From: Seison nebaliae
Lineage: Eukaryota
Assembly: GCA_023231475.1 (NCBI GenBank)
Contig: JALJEE010002004.1
Span: forward strand, 1 to 33,864
Direction: 5' to 3'
Length of the DNA: 33,864 bases
The notes below the pieces were generated by a model. The model was given only the letters and a program-made list of their open reading frames with translations, ran no database searches and had not been told where the DNA came from. This document shows, one piece after another, positions 13,001 to 23,492 of the stretch. The position numbers were made by a program, and so were the translations under genes. Each line of letters begins with the position of its first letter. Positions within the stretch are counted from its first letter, which is position 1.

Positions 13001-15932
13001 GGAAAAACCGGACATTGATATTGAAACACCATCATTTGAATTAAAGAAACCTGACATCGACATTTCAGGACCAAAATTGGATATTGAAGGGTCATCATTT
13101 GAATTAAAGAAACCTGAGATCGACATTTCAGTACCAAAATTGGATATTGAAGGACCATCATTTGAATTAAAGAAACCGGACATCGATATTGAACGACCAT
13201 CATTTGAATTGGAAAAACCGGACATTGATATTTCAGTACCAAAATTGGATGTTGAAACACCATCATTTGAATTAAAGAAACCTGACATCGATATTGAAGG
13301 ACCGTCATTTGAATTAGAAAAACCGGAGATTGACATTTCAGTACCAAAATTGGATATTGAAGGACCATCATTTGAATTAGAAAAACCTGACATCGACATT
13401 TCAGTACCAAAATTGGATGTTGAAGCACCATCATTTGAATTACAGAAACCGGACATCGATATTGAAGCACCATCATTTGAATTAGAAAAACCTGACATCG
13501 ACATTTCAGTACCAAAATTGGATATTGAAGGACCGTCATTTGAATTAGAAAAACCTGACATCGATATTTCAGTACCGAAATGGGATGTTGAAGCACCTTC
13601 ATCTGAATTGGGAAAACCTGACATCGATATTGAAGGACCATCATTTGAATTGGAAAAACCGGGCATCGACATTTCAGTACCAAAATTGGATATTGAAGGA
13701 CCATCATTTGAATTGGGAAAACCTGACATCGATATTGAACGACCATCATTTGAATTGGAAAAACCGGGCATCGATATTTCAGTACCAAAATTGGATATTG
13801 AAACACCATCATTTGAATTAAAGAAACCGGACTTCGACATTTCAGTACCAAAATTGGATATTGAAGCACCATCATTTGAATTAAAGAAACCGGACTTCGA
13901 AATTTCAGTACCAAAATTGGATATTAAAGGACCATCATCTGAATTAGAAAAACCCCACTTCGACATTTCAGCACCTAAATTGGACATTGAAGCACCAGTC
14001 TTTGAATTGGAAAAGCCGGATGTCGCGGTTGAAGTAATATCGTTTGAAATAGAAAAACCCTACATGGACATTTCCGAAACTAAATTGGTAACTGAAGCAC
14101 AATCAATTAAAGAGATGAAAACTGAATCTTTCCAAACCAAATTAAGTTCTCCTTTCAATTCAACGAAAGTAAGCAAAGATAACTTACAGTTCTTCGACAC
14201 ATCAGATGGGCAAGGTGAGGCAATTGAGACAAATGCAGAAATATTTTATGATACTGATTTACCCGAAAAATATGATGATAAAGATGATGATAATTTTCTT
14301 CTAACTGAATTGATCGATGTTATAGATGAACGTTACGATAGAACTAGTAATAGTAATTCTCTATTATCATCAAATACAGATTATATGGACACATTAGAGA
14401 ATTTAGATAACAAATTGGATGAAGTAGAATTATTCCATTTGAAGCAGAAAAATAAACTAGATAATATGAATTCAAGTCTTGGCGATCAAGCTAAAGAGGA
14501 TGTAAACTTGATATTTGATAATTCAATAGATATTTATGCAAATCGAATTTCAGCAATTATCAAACAACAAGAAGATCTGCCGGATAGTGATAGTAATAGT
14601 TTGTTAAGCGATACCACTAAACAAAGTCCATGGTGGCGCAAAAAGAACGAATCATATGATTCAATTAATGAATTTGAAAATTATGAGAATATTGCAAAGA
14701 ATGACATTGGCACTTGTAAGAGTGATAAATCTCGGAAAGTCCGATTTTCTCAAGATAATCCAACTGTATATCCTTTCGTCGTGGAAGAAGTTCCAGCTCT
14801 AACGTTGCAGCAATCTTATTCAGGTGACGAGTTAACTGATATCGGAGATGATTTACCTTCAGATATTTACGATAAATCATCTCCAAGTAGTTCATTGTCA
14901 TCTGTGAAAACTCGTGATATTTCTGATGACGAATCATTTACATCAGCCTCTTCTGAAATTGTCGCAACCGACCCCTTTGAAGTTTTACAAGATTCCATGG
15001 AAGTTCAGTTATCTCAAGACGGCGAGAAATTCAAATGTTCTGGATCAATATTTTCCGAGGACACTAACAAACCAATGGAGTCTATTTCTGAAGGATCCTT
15101 CACGACAGTTACGAAAAATGATAGTGAATTCCCTGTTTTAGGAGATGAAGATAAAATGAAAGGAAAAGACGATAAATTGGACGTTTTATTGAATAAGACA
15201 CCGGAATTACAATTACTGTCGATGTTGGACAAAGGAGTATCACCGTCAACCTTAGTGGAGAAAAGGATAAAGAATGAAATGGAACATCAATTAGAGAATG
15301 TCAGAGAACGACCTTTCTCATCTTTTCCTTTAATGGAAGAGAAAGAAATTTCAACAACTCAATTTAAAGAAGAAAATAATAATGACGATATTTCTCAACC
15401 GTTCAATATCCATAACCAACGATTCAGTTTACCACCTTTCAAATTAGATGATATATATGAACCCAAATTTGTTTTATCATCTTCTTATGGTTTATATGGA
15501 AATCATTTCACTACTCCAGTTTCTCCAGTTGAACAATTATCATTTGAAGAAACGATTTCCACCGAAACTTCAAGTCCTACAATTATGAGTAACAGATCTT
15601 CGATTACTACTAGTTCGTTCGATTCGACAGACAAGACGATGGAAGATGATGATGTTAAGCCTAAAGAGAAGAAGAAAAAGAAGGAGAAAGCTGAAAAACC
15701 AACAGAACAAGATAAGAAGAAATATCGTAGACGAAATAAATTAGCCGAGAATCGTCACAGAGTTTTTACTCATGGTTCTCGTCGAAATTCGAAGAAAACT
15801 CTCGACGAATTACGCGAAATGGCCAAACAATCCTCTAGTAGTAGTTCGTCAACAAAATCTTCCAATATTACTGATGATAAAGGAGTTTACACTAAAATCT
15901 TTGGCAAGCGTGAGAAACGAGAGTCATCTTAA
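10080..15932 (+). CDS. 1935-aa largely disordered protein with an N-myristoylation motif and AHNAK/periaxin-like repeats; exons 10080-10124, 10170-15932
   Basis: ATG at 10080 encodes MGNLLSRHRRGNALK. A 45-nt GT..CAG intron joins it in phase to the 5.7-kb ORF. Central repeats DIDISVP-KLDIEGP-SFELKKP resemble AHNAK repeat text such as DIDVSGPKVDIEGP. No PDZ domain is visible. Confidence 0.85.
12651..14060 (+). repeat. Coding tandem repeat array of about 25 units, 63 bp (21 aa) and 42 bp (14 aa), built from 21-bp heptads
   Basis: About 17 long units DIDISVPKLDIEGPSFELEKP and about 7 short units DIDIEGPSFELEKP, with proline every 7th residue. Confidence 0.97.
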
Positions 15933-16355
15933 AAACTATTATATTTTCCCCGGTTATTCGTTGGAAGGACTCATAAACTGTTTCTTATCAAAACAAATGA
16001 TAAATTTCTTAATTTTGTATTAAGTTATCGCAATAATATTAAAATAATAAATTTTCAATCTTTGTTATAATTTTTATGATTAAACAATTTTTCAATTAAT
16101 TTTATTGTTATTTTAATATTCCTTTAGAAAACTCCTCAAGAAATGCCAGAAAAATCTTATTTTATTTCAATTAAACTTTATTGATGAAAAGGCTATAATA
16201 ATAAAGATATTAAAATGAATTAAATGCTACAAAGGTGAATTTTCTCATTTGACGAATTTAGGAGAAAATTTCCTGAAAATTTTTACACAAAAGTTGCAAT
16301 TTTCATAAATAATCTTTTATATAGTAGGAAAAAAAGTAGATTGTCGAAAACTGTA

Positions 16356-19300
16356 TTAAATATCTGTTGATGTTTTTGTTGTAAAAATGCGAAGATTCTT
16401 CTTCTTGTAAGGGAAATCATGTAGTTCGATCATATCTTCATAATTATGTCCATCTGGTATGGAAGTATGATCAATTGATGTTGAATGCAGTTGATCATCG
16501 AGAGCGATGTTCGCTTTCAAAATCTCGTCAATATCCTCCGCCTCATTCGACTTGATGGAACGACGTATTTCTGATGATTTAGTTGACATAAATTCCTGTT
16601 CAATGGAGGACATTGAGGAAGAACTAGATAAATTGTGACAAGATGATGTTGAGAGAGATGTGCTCGAATGTTTCTTGATTGAAGTTATAGTACAATTGCT
16701 TTCAGCATTCGAGCAGGTTATACTCGATGGATTAGCAACTGATACATAATTTTTAGATTTGAATAAAAAACTCTCTAATTTTTCTTTCTTGTCTTTTGCT
16801 ACTAATCTAAAATTAGTAAAGTCGATAAATTTGGATGTTGTCGTTGACGGAGAACCATGAACATTCGACATACAGACTCCAGCAGAGATTGGTGTGGATG
16901 AAGTAGTTCTTGTTGTTTTTTTAGTTTTTGTTCTTTTTCCTTCTTTCATTCGTTTCTCCTCATTCGGTACGTATGTTGATTGATCGCCTAATGATATGCT
17001 ATCACCATCATTGGTGACACTGGTGTCCTCTTTCTCTACGATAGATGTTTGTTCGATTGCGCCAAGTTGATTATGTCGATGTTTTTTCGACTTGGACTTC
17101 TTTAGCATCGTCGCCTAAAAGAAGAGGAAGAATAGAGAAAAAGAAGGAGAACTATAGAAAATTGCTTAGGTATGATTGAATTTTTAGGAGATAATAATAT
17201 TGTTCGTACATTTTTGTGCATTCTATAATTACTAGATATTAATTTTCTATGCGATCAAAGAGTGGGAAGCACAGATATTTCGAATAGAAGATATATTGAC
17301 AGAATTCTGATGTATTTCATCATCAATGTCGCCGATCGATTAGTAAATCGAAGAAGGGAAAAGAAATGGCGAATAAAATCTTATGATGCGGCAGCTATCG
17401 TAATGATAGAGGGTTAGGTAGATATGTGCATTCCGTGTGCATTCCAGAAATATGAAATTCCTACTGTACCAGCATATGTTGCTTGAGGGAGAGTAAATCG
17501 AATTTCCAATTCAATTTAATTTCTTTCCTAACTCTAACTTTCTTCCTTTCCTCAAGTTAACGGAATCATAATTAATTTGAATAAAGTATGAGTCATATAT
17601 AGATTAATGTCGATTGAATAAATCGTCCCTTTTTCACTCTAAATTATTTCAACTACTTTCAATATTACCTGGAACTATGCTTGTAGGAAAGCAACAACAA
17701 TAAAGTTATAATTGGATACATAAAATTATTTATGGAAATTAGATCGCTCTTTTCTTTCATATTGCGAAGAAAGTATGTCGAATAATTCGACAAAATATAC
17801 TTACTCGTAAGGCGGAGCGAAGAATTGTAATTGAAGAAGATTGTTGTACCCACGGTTCACCATCTACTTGTACAGGCAATTCAGAGTGAATGCGAATTTT
17901 GATCTAATTCCATAGAGGAGAAATCAGAAGAAAATTGATAAAATTATTTCTTCTTCTCAACTTTAACAATTTACAAACATGACTGCCTTGAGCTAATCGT
18001 ATGCCATTTCTCATTCCAGAGTAAATTTGACCCATATGAACAATGCCATACAAGCCGACAACTTCCAACATTCCATCAGATAAGGCAGGTACATTAAATC
18101 TCTGTTGTCCATCGGTTGATGTAGAGTTGGATGTACCCCATAAGTTTGCTCCCCCCATCCAACTTAAATTGGAAACAATTAAAACAATAAACATGTAAAG
18201 AAGAAGTGCACACCTCCATATATTGAGAATTATAATTCCTACAACAGACGAAGGAATGTTAATATGTTTATTATCAACAACCAGCGACAACTGCTTACGC
18301 AAATTGGAACATAACTTCTTAGTGTGCCACGTAGTCAATTTACGGATGCCAATATTAAAATACATTCTCTTATTATGTAACCTTCAACGAAATGCAATTT
18401 AATTTTTCTCGTAAAAAAACCATTATAAACCTGCTCTTAAATTTCTTCGGATTCTCTTCTCTAGCATTGTGGAACTCTAGTGCAACTTCAGCATCGGCGC
18501 CCAACCCAAAATAATTGTTCATTATTATAATTTGTGAAGTGTCTTCTTTGGGTATTGTAGTAGTGGTCGTTGCGGCTGCTGCAGCAGCTACCGAAGCAGT
18601 CAACATTGATGAATTCGATGCATTTGTTACATTGACATTCGTCATGTTCGACAAGTTGTTTATCGTGTTGACATGTGTTGTTGAAGGGTTAACGATCGTC
18701 GTCGTTGTTGATGTCGTTGTCGCACTAATTGCGTTACTATTCTTTGTTCCTATACTTAAAGGAATATGATGAAACCTTTTAGTATCATCTTTCTCGTCCT
18801 GATGTATCATAACTGTCCATCTAAAGAATAATAAAAACATTTCATATTTATTTTCAAAAAAAACCTGTCTAATGTCACTTCTTCAGCATTAATGACAGCA
18901 GAAAGTAATTTTATTGTAGTTTGGTCATTATTATGATCTTTTTTCAAACCGCCACCCCAACGCAAAACACGAGCCAAATCATTACCCGTTCCCAACGGAA
19001 TTATAGCCATTGGTGGCGATTGACAAAGTGCATCTTGGCCAACATTGTCTAAACATTGTAATACCCAACCGACTGTCCCATCTCCACCACAGACCAATAT
19101 TCGATATTTCTTCAAATGACGAAAAACATATAAACTTAAACATATTAATAAAAAATCGATTAAATTCTTTTCTGAAATTCTAACCCAGGTAAAGGACCAC
19201 CATATTGTAAATCAAATATCTGATGAGGATTTAACACATGACGAAATGCGTTGATTAACGGAAGTCCTTGTTGACCACCAGATTTAACATTTACAAAAAC

Positions 19301-22300
19301 ACATAACGGAACAATATCTTCATCTAACATAAAAGGCTAAAATCATGATATTATGATACAGTCAATAAATTATATTAAGTATCTAAACCAAAATAGTTGG
19401 TAATATTAATACGCACAATTTATTACCATTCCATTTCTTTGATTGGAGCATTTCATAACAAAGAGCACCAATTTGTTTCTCATCGAATTGTATAACAACT
19501 GCCCCATGTTCATAGAATATGACATCGAATCTCGTCCATTTTATTGTGTTATTATTGATCAAGTTTTGAAGAATATGAGTATAATGTAATTGGGAAAGGC
19601 CGATTGGTAGATTGCCGATAAATAGTGAAATACACGTTCCATTTGGATCAGTTCGATCTTGTAAGACAAGACGAAATAATCGATATTTTTTCAAAGATTC
19701 CTTTTAAAAAAATTTATAACCATTAGAATTATTCCAAGTTTATAAGAGAATTTAGAACTTGTCTAATTTGACGTGTGATTTGTAAAGGATAATCATTATA
19801 GTCCAATGGTTTATCCGGAAGAATTTCATTATTAATCGAAGCAAGTATCAAAGAAAATTTGAATATGATTTGACTCTCTCTTCTTTCAATTTCGTCCGTT
19901 ATCGTTGTTTCTGTCACTTCGATTGTACTTGACAATCTTCCTTTCAATTCGTTAAATATTTCATTTCGATCATATGTTGGTAAGATTTGAAACGCACTTA
20001 GCACATATTTCAAGACTTCCCATGTTGTCGAATTATTTCGCACACTAATATTTTCAAAGGTGCGATTACTAATTAAAAGAATAAAAATCTCTTTTTCCCC
20101 AAAAAAAATTGAACTCTGCTAATCCGGAAAATATTCGTAAGACTCCTGTAGTATCCGCATCCTTATATCGAACAAACGTAATACGTTTCGCTTGAATAAT
20201 GGTTTTCAAAGCGTTATGATCGCCAACTGGCCGATCTGCAGCTCCTGTACATTTTAAATTATAATACATGAACTTCTATTTAGAATGTTGAGATATTAAC
20301 CCAGTTCTGGATGGATTGGAACAGACATATAATACATATGACGCTCATCAAAAATTTGGAATGTTCTCAAGCAAACATTCTAGCCGAATATAAGAAATTA
20401 TTTGAATAAATTTAAAAGATTTAAAATAACAAGAATCTCACGTAAACTAGCATTTCGTCGAACACTCACTTCTTTCGCATGTTCAACATTCGGATAAAAA
20501 TCATTTCCATCAAATACATAAAATGATTCTAAAAGTTGAAATAATTTTCAATCTAGGAAATTTCAATCATTAAAAAATCAAAACCTTTTACTTCATCAGC
20601 ATTATCTTCATTGATTATAAAAACGGTTTGTGGTTGTGGTGATGGCTGTGGACGCTGCAATTGTTGAGTTTGACATTGGCATTGTTGTGGTTGGAAATAA
20701 TTCTGTCGATCAGTTAGATTAGTCGAGGAATGTTGTTCAGATGACGTTGATGTTTTCAGGTTGTTATTTGATTGATTTTTATACTGAGTATTATTTGATT
20801 GAATCGAAGAATTGCCATCAGTTTTCCCTTCGCTCAACGTATTCGATCTGGTTTTATAAGATAACTGATCAATATCCGAATTCAAATCATAAGAATAAGT
20901 TTCACTCATCTCATTGATCATATGAGTTGGATCGACTAATACTGATGAACTTTTAGATGTGTCTCTTTTTAAACTCGATGAAGTACTCGACATGAATTGC
21001 GGCAAACCGGGAGTTCCTACACTCAAATCTAATTTACTTCCACAAGATGCCTTAGTCGTCGTTGATGTAGACGTTGATGTGGCTCGATAATGATGATCTA
21101 TTCTTCTACGAATATTATCTTGAACGAAAACTTCAGATAAATCATTATCAAAACCATCACATTTCGAGTCACGATTGGAAATTGAATAACTGTCCTGATT
21201 ACTCGTTCGATTACTATTTGGACAATTAGTCATCGTATCACTATGAGGTGGTAATTTTTTTCGATTTATACTTTCAGATTTCTTATTGTCAGTTGATGGT
21301 GATCCAGTCAAGAAATTTGGGGATGAAATTGGTATTCCTGCCGCATCAACTTCCATTCCATGAATGACACTACTTCCGTTACATAACATCATTGATGACG
21401 GTAATTCACCATCCATAATTTCAGGATGTTTTTTTGGAGTTGCCGATTCCTCTTCACGATCTTTCGGTACGAGTCGTTTGATACTGAGAATTGCAGCTCT
21501 AGGTAATGACAATCGGGGTACATAGACACCATAAGGAGGTACATAAATATTTCTTAAAATACCATAATTGCAAGGAAACGGTATATTGGTCGGTAAAAGG
21601 AAACTTAAAGAAGAAATTTGTTCAATATCTTCATCGATAATATTAAGTGAGGATGATTGATTATTGGGAAGACAAAGATCGTCTTTTCCAAACGTTGTAA
21701 TTTTCGAATTAATAAATGATGATTTCTTATCATTCGTCAAAAAGTTTATTGATTTCTTCTTAAATTCGTTCTTGGATGTGGTTGGCTTTCCTGCTTGTTT
21801 CATTTTGGCGGAGAATCGTTCCGTCATTTCCATATTTGTCGTCGATCGATGTCCCAACAAAGTTTTCTTTCCTAATTGATTCGTTGGGAAGGAATCGATC
21901 ATTAATGCCTGTTTATTATCATTATACAATGTCGATTTATCAATGGATTGTTGAACTCTCATCTCATATCGGTTATTATCTGTCGACAGATTTTTCTTCG
22001 ATTCTAATGCACGAAACACCAAACAATTGATGTGTGCAGTAATACTACACCATTCGCATTTGATACCGGATAAACACTCTGGGGAATGACATTGTTTCCT
22101 ACAAATCACACATTTTGATTGTGGAGGCAAATTACCTTCTCTCCAAAGATGTCCATGCTCAATTTTTTCTCTTGTCATATTCTGTTTGTATTCGGCGGTG
22201 GGACGACAATCGCATACAGCATACGGTTGACAATGTTTATGAGCCCAATAATGACAAACATCGCATTTGTATGCCAATTCTTCATCTTCGAATTTCTTCC

Positions 22301-22722
22301 GACACACATTACAGAATCTCTTCTTTGCAGTACTTAAGATTGAACACCAAACATGCACAACCGGATTCTATTGGAAAAAATTTTAATTAAATTAAATTGA
22401 GAAAGTAAAAAAATTTAGTAATAAATGAAATAATTTAACTTTTATCATCCATGTTGATATGTTGGTGCATGGTATCACGATAAACTTTTGGCAACGATCA
22501 TGACAAATGAAATTGCAAACTGTTATTTTTACGAAAACGGTTAAGGAGAATGGAGAGAAATGTGTAACCGTCACATTGATATCCTTGGCACAACAATCCC
22601 CAAACGATCTCTTGACATTGATGACAATAAACTGGACGTTGGAATTTTTTCTTCTGAAGCAAATGGCCACCGAACTCCAATGAATCAGTTAAATTATCGA
22701 CATACGATGAAGATATATCCAT
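16356..22722 (-). CDS. DGKQ: Diacylglycerol kinase theta (type V), 1655 aa, 15 exons: 22722-22569, 22519-22440, 22367-20585, 20528-20431, 20379-20301, 20244-20115, 20068-19759, 19700-19389, 19336-19185, 19134-18865, 18820-18431, 18381-18214, 18162-17979, 17903-17805, 17114-16356
   Basis: Three C1 domains ([26 protein letters not shown]...[30 protein letters not shown]). RA-like segments and an RRM-like LFIGNLP segment follow. The catalytic domain has [27 protein letters not shown] and [16 protein letters not shown]; the accessory domain has [25 protein letters not shown] and PVQVDGEPW. All 14 introns are GT-AG and phase-consistent (4968 nt spliced). Confidence 0.95.
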
Positions 22723-23420
22723 TGATGATAAGGAAGATATCTCGGAATTTCAGCATTCATATGCATGAAATATTTTGTTATTTTCTCTTCGAAATCTTAC
22801 TCTCTTCTATTGGACAATGTGGGAAAACCGAAGGCAAATTGATTTAATCAAATGCTTAAAGAAATTATAATGAAATGTTTCCGCACATATCTAGCGAGAG
22901 ATGTGACAAATGAAAATATAGATAAGATTATTAAAAATTTTATAAATATTTCTTTTTGGAGCAGACACATATAAATATGAATGGTATACATATCGCCTAA
23001 GAAGAAAATATGAGGAATCTTTTAATTATTGCCCGAAATTCTTCCGAATGAAGAGGATATGTTGAAATTAACATAATCCAATAAGTCATCTTCAACATAA
23101 ATGGACAACAATACTGAATCGTAATAAAATGTAATTCGTCATGAAATGTAATTAGAAAAAGAGATAAAAAAAATTGATAAATGGTCAAGATGCTGTTAAG
23201 AAAGGAACTATAGATTTATATAATTTCTCAATTATTTTCTTTCTGTGTTGTTGTTACTCTTCTTTTTGCATAAGAGAATAATGATGATAAGAATCATTTC
23301 TATGCATTTCTCCTATGCCCCACACCACATCACATTAGGTTGAGTCCGAACAGAATCGACTTACCGATTTCCATTTATGTGTATTCCACTCTACACATTA
23401 CGAATATTCCGTACGATTTA

Positions 23421-23492
23421 TGTGTTTGATGTGTGCACGTTTGCGTGTGTGTGCGCTGTGTGCGCTGTGTGTCTGTGTGTGTGTGTGTGTGT
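23421..23492. repeat. Interrupted (TG)n/(CA)n microsatellite upstream of DGK-theta
   Basis: tgtgtgtgcgctgtgtgcgctgtgtgtctgtgtgtgtgtgtgtgtgt. Confidence 0.9.

Noticed and set aside
12632..13987. Long antisense ORFs (451 and 394 aa) and the 78-aa alternate-frame ORF
   Set aside because: By-products of a stop-free repeat unit; they end where the array ends.
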